This document shows, one piece after another, positions 13,398 through 23,975 of a stretch of 51,452 nt of DNA. The stretch is from Chiloscyllium plagiosum (lineage: Eukaryota). The stretch's first letter is position 1. Each line of letters begins with the position of its first letter. The position numbers and the translations under genes are program-made. Location of the stretch: positions 4,584-56,035 of the forward strand of contig NW_025214943.1 in the NCBI RefSeq assembly GCF_004010195.1. Reading direction: 5' to 3'. Under the pieces are notes generated by a model. It was not told the origin of the DNA, did not search any database, and was given only the letters and a program-made list of their open reading frames with translations.

Positions 13398-13597
13398 GAG
13401 CTGAAAACGTGTTGCTGGAAAAGCGCAGCAGGTTAGGCAGCATCCAGGGAACAGGAGAATCGACGTTTCGGGCATAAGCCCTTCGTCAGAACCCGAAACG
13501 TTGATTCTCCTGTTCCCTGGATGCTGCCTGACCTGCTGCGCTTTTCCAGCAACACATTTTCAGCTCTGATCTCCAGCATCTGCAGACCTCACTTTCT
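13398..13597. mobile_element. Short palindromic non-autonomous element (Penelope-terminal-repeat-like) with 15-bp TSD
   Basis: Near-perfect inverted repeat (arms ~13395-13472 and ~13492-13569). TSD cctgctgtaatgtca at 13383-13397 and 13598-13612. Empty site in copy 2 at ~47735. Confidence 0.85.
13455..13495 (-). ncRNA. Minimal type I hammerhead ribozyme-like motif
   Basis: Minus strand reads gggtt-CTGACGA-a-GGGC ttat GCCC-GAAA-cg-TC-gattc: CUGANGA box, 4-bp stem II, GAAA box and GUC cleavage triplet. Stem I is weak and wobble-rich. Confidence 0.55.
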
Positions 13598-13971
13598 CCT
13601 GCTGTAATGTCAAATGTTACTTGTCATCAAGGTGCATCTCCTGCAATAGGACAACATCCACCCTCTCTTTTTAAGACTAAAAAGTAAATTTTCCCTCTTT
13701 TCTGGCCAATGGCTCCCCCTAATGCTCCAGGTAGACCATTTAAGCACATCATTACCCAGAACACACTGTAGCAACATTTGAACTCGAGAGAGGAAGAACT
13801 CGAATTACTGATCATTAATAAACAATGTCTCATAGAGCTTAAAAGCTACACAAACTAAGGCTACTACAACTGCCAACTCTCAAAACTTTCCAAAACTAAG
13901 CATTTTAAGTCAATGGCTGGATGGAGTGGGTTAGGGAACCACTTTGCCCGTGCTGTGATGCAGAGCCCAAC

Positions 13972-15610
13972 AAAGCAGACCTTCCAGATCGCCACCATCT
14001 TGGATTCCCCCTTAACATTTTATCGATATGATGATTTCATTTTGCATTATATTCCTGGACGTGCTGGAGCAGTGTGATTTTGTACCACTGTCAGCATTTC
14101 CTCAACACTGCACATTCCTGCCATTCCCCGATAATCCTTGACTCCGTTATACTTTATGAAGTTTCTGACTGTGCCTCAAACATATTCAATATCTCTGCCT
14201 CCAATGCTCTGCAGGGAAGAGAGTTCCAAATACTCTCACCATTGAGAAAACAAAAAAAAAACTTCATCTGTGAGAGAGATTATTTTTGTCTCCTTACCTG
14301 AGAAAGGATATAATTAAATTGGAAGCAGTTCGGAGATGTTTCACTTCAGGGATTCCAGGAATGATGGTCTTATGTTATGAAGGCTTTAACAGGTTACTCT
14401 TGGAATGAGAGGCGATGTTATTGTAACATACAAAACCTAGAGGAGAGTGATCAGATAGATACCCACTGGGTGTTTCATGTAACCCTGCATTTCCCATGAC
14501 TAACCTATCTAACCTACACATCCCTGGGCACTATGGGCAAAGCAGACCTTCCAGATCGGCACCATCTGAGATTTCCCCTTAATATTTTATCGATATTATC
14601 ATTTCATTTTGCATTGTATTCCTGGATGTGCTGGAGCAGTGTGATTTTGTACCACTGTCAGCATTTCCCCAACACTGCACATTCCTGCCATTCCCCGATA
14701 ATCCTTGACTCCGTTATTCTTTATGCACCTTCTTTCTGTGCCTCAAACATATTCAATATCTCTGCCTCCAATGCTCTGCAGGGAAGAGAGTTCCAAATAC
14801 TCTCACCATTAAGAAAACAAAAAATAACGTCATGTGTGTGTGAGATTAGATTGGATTAGATTTTTAGATTACAGTACAGTGTGGAAACAGGCCCTTAGGC
14901 CCAACAAGTCCATACCGACCCGCCGAAGCGCAACCCACCCATACCCCTACATTTACCCCTTACCTAACACTACGGGCAATTTAGCATGGCCAATTCACCT
15001 GACCTGCACATCTTTGGACTGTGGGAGGAAACCGGAGCACCCGGAGGAAACCCACGCAGACATGGGTAGAACGTGCAAACTCCACACAGTCAGTCGCCTG
15101 AGGCGGGAATTGAACCCGGGTCTCCAGCGCTGTGAGGCAGCAGTGCTAACCATTGGTCTGAAGGGAAGAGAGTTCCAAATGCTCTCACCATTGAGAAAAC
15201 AAGAAATAACTTCTTCTATGTGAGAGATTATTTTTGTCTCCTTACCTGAGAAAGGATATATTAAGTTGGAAGCAGTTCGGAGATGTTTCACTTCATGTAT
15301 TCCAGGGATGAGGGTCTTACATTATGGAGGCTTTAACAGGTTACTCTTGGAATCAGAGGTGATCTTATTGAAACATACAAAACCTAGAGGAGAGTGATCA
15401 TATAGATACCCACTGGGTGTTTGTATCGTCCAAACTTCTTGTTGTTTTCATAGAATCTCTACAGTGTGGAAGCAAGACATTCTGTCCATCAAGTCCACAT
15501 TGACTCTCAGAACAGTATCCCCTCCGGACCTGCCCCCCTACTCTATCCATGTAACCCTGCATTTCCCATGACGGAACTATCTAACCTACACATCCCTGGG
15601 CACTATGGGC
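13972..15610. repeat. Local tandem duplication unique to copy 1 (unit A 13972-14539, unit B 14540-15610)
   Basis: 'aaagcagaccttccagatc' starts both units. ORFs 14074-14301 and 14533-14859 share ILYHCQHF.NTAHSCHSPIILDSVILY. Copy 2 has a single unit at 49445-50140. Confidence 0.9.
14845..15152 (-). mobile_element. Young HE1/V-SINE-type SINE, copy-1 specific
   Basis: Nearly identical to the SINE at 30932-31240. B-box 'gggttcaattcc' on the minus strand and a (gatta)n tail. Confidence 0.95.
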
Positions 15611-15800
15611 AATTTAGCATGGCCAATCCGCTCTAAGCTGCATATCTATGGACGATGGGAGGAAACTAGAACACTGGGAGTAAATCCACACAGACATGGG
15701 GAGAATGTTTAAAATCCACATAGAGGGTTGGCCGAGGTTAGAACTGAACGTAGCTACTTGGTGACGGGAGGTATCAGTGCTCACCACAGATCCACCATGC
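15450..15800 (-). mobile_element. Older HE1/V-SINE-type SINE (paralog 49978-50315)
   Basis: 'gggcaatttagcatggccaatc' and 'cacagacatggggagaatg'. Confidence 0.88.
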
Positions 15801-15979
15801 GCATCTGTTAGTTCTAATAGTTAATTGTGGCTAACTAAAGAAATCTGCCTGACCTGTTTGTCACTAAAACTGACTCAGTCTAAGAACTTTATCATCGGCC
15901 ATATCACCAACCTGGTTACATTTAAAATTTGGTGTCAGCAGTGGATGAATGGGACGGGAAAAGGAAACAGTGACACCTT

Positions 15980-17790
15980 CCAATATCCGTCAGAACAGGA
16001 ATTAGGATAAATCCACAAAGTGGGATTTCAGTCAAGTGAGAATTCTCTTCGCCAGAAGTTTGGGGTGGTTGGACCTTTATAATACATCGAAGCTGGCTTT
16101 GTCTGATTTTGCATAGACAGGTGAATCAGGGATAATGGTGCATGGAAAGAAAAGTGCAGCTGGGATCACAATGAGATGAGCCATGACCTTATTTACAGGT
16201 GGAGTAGTGTGAAAAGGCCGAATGGCTCACTTGTGTCCCTCAGCCCTATGTTCTGATGTTCCATTCAGCCCTCGGACATGCTAAACAGGGGCAGATCTAG
16301 GCCATTTCAATGGTTAGGTATAGTTTTGGAAATGTACTTGGAAAATCCAAACTGAATCAGGAAGTGTCGCCCCCCCCCCNNNNNNNNNNNNNNNNCAATC
16401 CCTGTTTCCAGACTTCCCCTCTCTGTAACTTCTGCTCCAGATGTGGGTCATGTTGTAGACCCAGATACACTGAGAATACAGTCACATACCCGTTACTTTT
16501 CAAAAGCATCACATGTGAAATTAATAAATAGGAACAGGAGTAGATCAATCGGCCCCTCAAGCTAACTCTGTCATTTAATAAGAACATGGCTGATATACTC
16601 CAGGGCTCAACTCCACTTTCTTCCCGACTCCTTGTATCCTTACACACCTCTCTGAGTTCGGGAATTCCAGACATTCACTACCTTCGGGGTGAAGCCATGA
16701 CTCTGCATCTCAGATTGAAATCGATGTTCCTTATTCGGTGTCTATATCATCGAGTTCGACACTTTGATCAAGAATGGAAACACCTTCTCAACATCTACCT
16801 ACTCCAACCCCTTCTGTGTCTTATAGGTTTCAGCATTATCACTCCTCATTAATTTAAACCCGAATGAATTATCACCTCACCATCTTAGAGATTCTCAATA
16901 ACACAACCCTTTCTTCCCAGGAAACCGCCTAATGTACCAACCAAGTTACTTGCTGCATCAGCATGCTGACTTTATGTTTCATACACAGGAAGACTCGAAT
17001 GCTTTTACTGTTCCTTTTCTGGAAGTTCTCTCCTTTAAGTGACAGCCTGCCTTTTGATCCTCAGTGTTATCCTCAAACTCGGATGTATATTGCATTCAGC
17101 TCCCTCCTTGAGACTGTCACTATAGAGTGTAAATAACTGATGCCATCGGACAGATATTTGTGGCACCTTTACCATAAAGATCCATTAATCCCGACTCTCC
17201 GATTTCTGTGTTAACCAATCACTTCCCATGTTAATACAGTATCCGACGTCCTGGAGCTTCTGTTTTGTGTAAGAACTTTTGGAAAATCTCTGGAAAGCCG
17301 TGTCCACCAGATCCCCTTTATCAAGTCCGTTGTTACATTTTCAGGCATCTCCATAAATACTTTGCATGATTTTACAGGGTAAAATATCATTTCCCTTTCA
17401 CAAAACCACCCTGACTCTGAGTGAAGCTTTTCTAAATGTCTATGCTTGCCAGGTTTTCCAAACTATACTAGTCTTATCTGTTTTCATTAGGTCCATGTGC
17501 CTCTAAATGTTTCCCATTCATATGTTTGTCCAAATGAGTTTTAAATGTTGTAGCTGTCCTTGCATCTCCCACTCTTCCTCTGGAACCTCATTCCATACCC
17601 ACACCGCCTTCTGTGTAAAAAAGCTGCCCCTTAGTCCCTTTTAAATCTACCTCTTTCACCTTAAATCTATTCCCTCTATGTTTGGATTCCCCTACCTTTT
17701 GGAAAAGACCTTGGCAATTCACCCTAGCCATACCTCTCATGATTTTATAAGTTTCTATAATGTCACTCCTCAACATCCTACACTCAATCT
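15980..17790. mobile_element. Cluster of old CR1-like fragments in both orientations
   Basis: CR1 3'-tail sequence on + at ~16050-16260. On the minus strand, ORF 17588-17776 reads LRSDIIETYKIMRG and there is a further tail at 16520-16930. Confidence 0.7.
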
Positions 17791-17888
17791 GATGCTAACT
17801 TCAAGAACAAGCGTTTAAAGATAAGCACTGCAAAACTGAAACAATATTAAAAATGACAGGTAACCAACACTCAGCCCAAACGTCATAC

Positions 17889-17978
17889 TGTGATTTGTTT
17901 TTCTCCATATTACAATACTAAGGCAGCATGAAACGCTTACTAGTGCCAATAAGAAGTCAAGCACCTGAATTCCTTTGT
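17889..17978 (-). other. Candidate 90-bp phase 1-1 transmembrane exon
   Basis: Acceptor 'caccccctttag|ac' and donor 'aatcaca|gtatga'. Reads (D)KGIQVLDFLLALVSVSCCLSIVIWRKTNH, a hydrophobic run followed by a basic WRK. Confidence 0.35.
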
Positions 17979-18569
17979 CTAAAGGGGGTGATGATGACGA
18001 CAGTGAAAACGTATCTGTGGCCAGATCTATATATTGCCACATCGTCAACATTCTCCCTCCTGGCCTCCGTATAACTTTGTGTGGTTGTGTCTTTTTTATC
18101 TTGCATTCAATAGAGAGAACCCCTTTCCCCCCATTCAACCTTAAATTCGACCCGTTATACAGAATATTTTCGTTCTCCACTGCTAAAAGCCCGTTTTTCT
18201 TTTGCCACACCCTTTTTTCCCTGCCACCCATCCTCCACCTCTGGCAAGGGACTAAAAGACGATTTTGCAATTGTATTCAGTTTTGAAGAATTGTCACACC
18301 GGATGGAAACGCTAACTCTGTTTCTCTGTCTCTGCAGATGTTGACAGACCTGCTGATTTTATCCAGAAATGGATAGGCACAGAACAATTTTTCAATTAAA
18401 CCAATAATTATGGATACTTGAAATAAAAATTAAAAAACCTTTATAGAAGGTTCACTGGACCTGAAAGTTTAACTCTGCATTCACTCCAGAAAATTCTGCA
18501 ACATCTTCAGCAATTTCATCTGAAATTTCTGTTTATGTACAATTTCCAACGACATATTGTCAAAGTTAC

Positions 18570-18741
18570 CCAAACATCCTGTCTAATATGGAGTGCCGTA
18601 CACTGGGAAGTGAACAGTAACGCATGGTGTCACTCTGAAACTGCATAAGGTTGGCATCACTGACAATGCAGGGCTCTGAATCATGGTCAGGGAGAAAAAC
18701 AGAAGGGAACACATTCACTTCAAATACAGAAGATGACATTA
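18570..18741 (-). other. Candidate 172-bp exon upstream of the TM-like exon
   Basis: Strong acceptor with branch-like site 'ctaatctgaatcttttcctttcag|ta' and donor 'tttgg|gtaact'. Open frame MSSSVFEVNVFPSVFLPDHDSEPCIVSDANLMQFQSDTMRYC... The end phase (2) does not match the next candidate exon (1). Confidence 0.28.
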
Positions 18742-18999
18742 CTGAAAGGAAAAGATTCAGATTAGTACCATAAATGGATATTATTTATGTAACAAATTGG
18801 AGGCGTGACACCAAGTAAAGACTTCCAGCAGAATGAGAATGGAAATGGAAGTATTTCCGCATCGGAAAGCAGAGTAAGTCACTGAATACAGGGCTGAGGG
18901 GTGAATGGGTCTCAGTGCGAACTGGGGGGCAGCCAGTGGAATTGAATTGTAGATATTGCAGCTAAAACTGGGTTATCATCTGATTCTGTAGATTTCAAT

Positions 19000-19800
19000 G
19001 ACAATCTGTAACTTTTCCCCCAGGATAGTCCATCCGTCTACCATTTCCATCAAGCCGATCCATGGGTCAGTGACGAGTGTGGGTGAACAGGGTCGGGTCG
19101 GAATCACATGCACCTAAACCTGACTACAACCCATTAAAGCTACCGCACTTGACTGGTTACACTACGAACAGCAGGACTAACATCTGATACAGAGAGAGAG
19201 AGATGATCCCAAGACTAACAAATCAGACATAAGCTCTGTCGTCCTGTCAAATCCATGCATAAAAGTCGTTGGACCATTAAACAACTTACAGGAGGAGAGG
19301 ACTCCACAAATATCCGCATCCTAAATAATGGAACAGCCCTGTGCATCCATGTAGAAGATGCAGTATCTGCACCATCCTTAGCCAGAAGTGTTGAGTCGAA
19401 TACCCACCTCACCCTCACTATGATACCCTCAGAATCGTCTTCAACCAATTCAATTCACTGCACGTGATATGAAGCAACAGCTGGACACTATCGATACGAC
19501 AAAGGCATTTGGCCCTGACACCATTCCTGCAATAGGACTGAGGACTTTTGCTATACAACAAGCCGTGTACCTGAGGAAGCTGTTTCATTCCAGCTCCAAC
19601 TCTGACAACTCCCTGGCAATGTGGGTAATTAGCAACTGCAGTCCTCACTTTCTCCTAACGTGCATAATTACTCAACTATGTCCCATCCCCTAAGAAGGGA
19701 ATAATTACAAGCAGACCAATTGCCACTCCCTCAGTCCCATCACGATGGTCAAATTGGTTGGGGTTATTTTTGATTGAGCTGTCACACAGCACAGAAATAA
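19000..19800 (+). mobile_element. Old LINE ORF2 fragment (pre-RT region)
   Basis: ORF 19469-19693 reads IDTTKAFGPDTIPAIGLRT...LRKLF...W, the typical KA.GPD.IP region. Confidence 0.75.
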
Positions 19801-20243
19801 TCGGTTCAGTGTGGTTTCCGATCAGCCCCCATGTGGAGATGGTGTTGTTGTGGAATTGTCATTGGATTGCTAATCCAGACCAGAATAATTCTCTGGCAAC
19901 TGGTGCAAGTTAAAAACAATTAATAAAATATTGAGATATATTATCTGGTGTCAGTAATAGAAACACAATCCTGTCGACCCTGCAGAGACCTCTTTCCTAA
20001 CAGCTGAGAGCTTGTGACAACATTTACAGAGCTTTCCCACACACTGCACAGTAGCATCGGGAAATGAATAAGTCATACAACTCATTGAGCTTTCCCTATT
20101 CTAGTTAATGGCTGAACATCTCCTCAACGCAGTTTTCCCCATTCAATATTCATATCCCTGAATATGTTTAAACATTGTGAAACATAAAATGAGAACTGCT
20201 GTAGTCCATTCAGCCCATCAGTTTTGCGCCTCCATTCTATGTA

Positions 20244-20865
20244 CAGGCAGTTCACTGATAACGCGTGTTGATTAAATACATTTCGGCTGCAATGCAATTC
20301 ATGAACCATTTTCGATAAAGTGAACTGGCGTTAACTGTGACGCGATTCCTTGTCGGGCACCAGCTGACCAGCAAATCCTGCCTCAGAAACCCTCTGTATA
20401 CAAAATGTACAATCAATGTGTTCAGCTAAAACAGGAATGCAATCGGCTCTGCAGGCCTTGAAACTGAGCCTGAAACTGGGAATTGTAGAATATATTTAGA
20501 AAGCACTTTATTTCAAACTGTGGGGAGAATCTTGGGGAGAACTGGAATTCGGCATCACATGGTCAGTCAGCCTCCGCGCGCTTTCTGGTGAAGATTGTGG
20601 TGAAAGACACAGTGCTCCAGTGAGTGACTGTAGTGTGAAAGCGTTACATTTACAGCACTGTTACATTACAACATGTAATTTGAAGATTTATTTAGAATGT
20701 CCTATTGTGTGTGAGACCAAATTTAATTTTTGGTTTTTACTGATATTTTGGGGAGTTCGCCACTTACCCTCATTTTTCCACAGACCCCATTATTAATATT
20801 GCACGATTTTGTACAACCCAGTGTTGCACAGGAACACAGTTACTGAGTTATTGGAGAACAACCTG
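20244..20865. mobile_element. Tigger/pogo-like non-autonomous DNA transposon (MITE)
   Basis: Left end 'ta|caggcagttcactgataacgcg'; right end reverse-complements to 'caggttgttctccaataactc'. TA lies 5' of the left TIR. Confidence 0.6.
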
Positions 20866-21524
20866 GAATAATAGCTGATCTTCTATCTTCACACCATACT
20901 CCTGCTCTCTCCCTATCACTTTAGTTGCCAGAAATCCTTATTTATATTCAGCTCCTTGACGTCCACAGCCTGATCTGGGAGAGAGTACCCCTGGGTTGCC
21001 AGTCTCCGAGTGCAGGCACTTATTCTCATCTCAATGCAAAGTGGCCTGTCTGTACCTAATATTGTGGCCCCTGGTTTTAGACGTTCCAACCAGGCGATTT
21101 ACTTCTGGTGATTTTCACTCATTTTCCTAAATCCCATGGAATACAGGTCCAGTCGCCCGAAACTCTGCTCCCACAACAAGTCTGTCATCCCAGAGATCAG
21201 TCTGGTCATCCTTTGCTGCTCTCCCTCAATGTCAGGTTTGTCGTCTGTTAGGAAAAGAGACCAAAACTGCACACAATACTGCACAATGTTCGAGATGGGG
21301 TCTCACCAAGGCCCTGTACAACTGCAGTAAGATACATTTACTCCTGTCCACAAATCCCCCTGAAATGAAGGTGAATACAACATTTATCTTCCTTCCTTCT
21401 TTCTACTCCTGCAATATTGCTTTCACTGACTGGTGTACAGGGAGATCCAGATTCCTTTCAAAGTTACAGTTCCCCACGTGCTGGGCCTATATACAATTGT
21501 CAGCGTGGCAATGCCATTCCCAGT

Positions 21525-21685
21525 ATTTGTGGGAGGAAACCGGAGCACCCGGAGGAAACCCACGCAGACACGGGGGAGAACGTGCAAACTCCACACAGTC
21601 AGTCGCCTGAGGCGGTGTTGAACCCGGTTCTCTGGCGCTGTGAGGCAGCAGTGCTAACCAGTATGCCACCGTGCCACCGTGCCGT
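21525..21685 (-). mobile_element. SINE 5' half (tRNA-related head), young
   Basis: 'gggaggaaaccggagcacccggaggaaacccacgcagac...gtgctaacca', near-identical to 31090-31240. Confidence 0.9.
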
Positions 21686-23854
21686 TGACTTCTGGCTTTA
21701 GAACTCACTGCCCTACATGGACTCTGAGGGCCTCGCAGAAATAAACAAAAATGCAGCTTAAGTTCATTTATAGTGCAGCATTTTTCAAACACTCCTTTTT
21801 AAATGGGAGGCCATTCTATTGTTCCCATCAAAGTACACAACATCTCATGTCCCCCATTACTCTCCACCTGCCACGTATTTGCCCAGTCACTCCACTTGTC
21901 TCAAAAACCTTGGAACGTTTTTTACATCCTCCTCAATCACTCACAAGCTGACATCGTTTAGTGCTGTCAGCAGACTTGGGAATATTGCATTTGTGCCCCT
22001 CACCCAAAGATATGGTGTGTATTGGGAATAGCTGGAGCCCAAGACACGATCCTTACAATATCCTCCAAGCCTTCCATTGAAAAATAAAACATTGTTTTAT
22101 TACTGCTCACTGTTTCCTGCCAGCTCTCCCATTCTAAATCTATGACCATACATTAGCCCGAAACCCATAGGATTTGAATTTGCACAATAGGCTTGGGGCT
22201 TTATTAAACATCTTTCTGAGATTCCACTCGCATGGCATTAACACCTCCTACATAGATGTCCTTAAAGCCACTTCTCAAATATGATTCCCATGTCATAACT
22301 CTCTGCTGACTTTGTCTATGCCCATTAATTTCAGTCCAATACTTTCTCTAAACTGTTTAGTTGCTATTTGCATTCTATTCCATTTTTCTCACAAGACTGA
22401 AATTTTCTAGTATTGCTAGGAAGTTTTCTTTTTTGTTTTGTTTTCTTCTGTGAAGGCATAACTAAAGTATTTGCTCCATAGTTCTGCTATTTCCCGGTCC
22501 TCAATTATCTGGAATCAGACTAAGAAATCTACAACTTTTTTCTCTTAATTTTGCCATTGACATATTTCCAGAAAATATTACAAGTTCTCTCTTAACAACT
22601 TTGCTATGATATTCTACAGAAACCCATCAATTCCTATCTTAAGCTACTCAATGATTGACCTTCCACAGACATACAATCATAGAAGCACAGACTCTGTACT
22701 ACCAGAAATACAGGACGGTCAACATTAGGCCAACTTTCCGACACAAGACCGTAGCCGTGAATCTTAAAGCATTTGAACTGCACAACCATGTGGTTTCTGA
22801 TGGTTTGAGGTGACCATGACAACTCCACTCTCAAGAAGTGCATTCCAGACCCCAACACCCTCTGGTTGAAAAACAATTCTCAAATCTTCACTAAACCGCA
22901 AATCCTTCGTTTTAAAAGTGTGGCCCTTTGAGTCAAAGCAACAGCTGCTGTCTATCCACCCTGTCCATGTACCTCGTAATCCTATCCCTCTGAATCACAG
23001 ACCTCTCAGCCTTCTCTCTTCCAAACTACACAACCTGAGGTTTTCCAGCCTCTCTCCATAGCTGATATGCTCCATTCCAGGGAACATCCTGGTGAATCTG
23101 CTCTGCACCCTCTCCACTACAATCACATCATTCCTGTAATGTTGTTCCCAGACCTACACACAGTATTCCATCTTGCTCTCACCACAGTTCCGCATAGTTC
23201 TTATAATCTATGCCTCGATGAATAAAGGCTATGTTTACATTCCCNNNNNNNNNNNNNNNNNNNNNNNNNNNNNNNNNNNNNNNNNNNNNNNNNNNNNNNN
23301 NNNNNNNNNNNNNNNNNNNNNNNNNNNNNNNNNNNNNNNNNNNNNNNNNNNNNNNNNNNNNNNNNNNNNNNNNNNNNNNNNNNNNNNNNNNNNNNNNNNN
23401 NNNNNNNNNNNNNNNNNNNNNNNNNNNNNNNNNNNNNNNNNNNNNNNNNNNNNNNNNNNNNNNNNNNNNNNNNNNNNNNNNNNNNNNNNNNNNNNNNNNN
23501 NNNNNNNNNNNNNACATTCAGCGATGTGTGGAGAAGCACCCTCTGAGCTTTCCAGTGTGCTGCCATTCATTGAGTACTCCCCTGACTGGTTCCTTCTTCC
23601 AAAGTTGCATCACCTCATATTTATCAGGGTTACATTCCATCTGCCATTGATCCACCCATGTGACCATTCCATCAGTATCTACCCATAACATAAGGCCTTC
23701 CTCCTACTGCCAACAATCCGGCCAATCTTTGTATCAAATCCAAACTTATTTATTACACACCTCACCCCTCGTCCATTTTCACAGCTGCATCATTTATCAG
23801 TACCACAAATAATAAGGTTAAAAATCTGTCAACATCAGTTATATCACGTGGTTG

Positions 23855-23975
23855 CTCATTTTGATGAAGAAGCTGCGTTTCGAAAACTTGTGCTGCCGAA
23901 TAAACCTGTTAGACTATAGTTTGGTGTTATGGTATTTTTAGATTTGTCCACCCCAGCCCAACACTCGCGCCTCAG
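23855..23975 (+). mobile_element. Short Penelope-terminal-like repeat inserted in CR1
   Basis: 'ttgatgaagaagctgcgtttcgaaaact...aataaacctgttagactata' has a degenerate TGATGA...GAAA layout followed by AATAAA. Confidence 0.55.

Larger units (their letters stand above)
7629..14011 (-). mobile_element. L1-clade LINE, copy 1 (both ends present, ORF1 deleted, nested insertions)
   Basis: 5' end on the minus strand reads GGGGGAATCCAAGATGGTGGCG. Endonuclease motifs LLQEMHL, RIDIF and ISDH; RT motifs GxRQG and LYAD (~11480); CCHC knuckle CPKC...H..WSC (ORF 9967-10308); AATAAA and A-rich tail at ~7640. Degenerate TSD ttaggatttta (7618-7628) / ttaacatttta (14012-14022). Confidence 0.9.
1..16844. repeat. 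Segmental duplication, copy 1 (paralog of 33552-51452)
   Basis: Colinear similarity throughout. Position 1 'ctttaaaaatagggttaacgagg' matches 33552 'ctttagaaatagggttaacgagg', and 16844 '...cagcattatcactc' matches 51452 '...cagcagtatcactc'. Non-repeat blocks are also shared (2700-3330 with 36440-37070; 6050-7400 with 39890-41830). Confidence 0.97.

Noticed and set aside
20608..20646. CACAGTG heptamer and a nearby FN3-like 'LLVSWCP' minus frame
   Set aside because: No nonamer at 12 or 23 bp. Both lie inside the Tigger-like MITE at 20244-20865.
23173..23688. Long ORFs in the track
   Set aside because: Artefacts of the 269-N gap.
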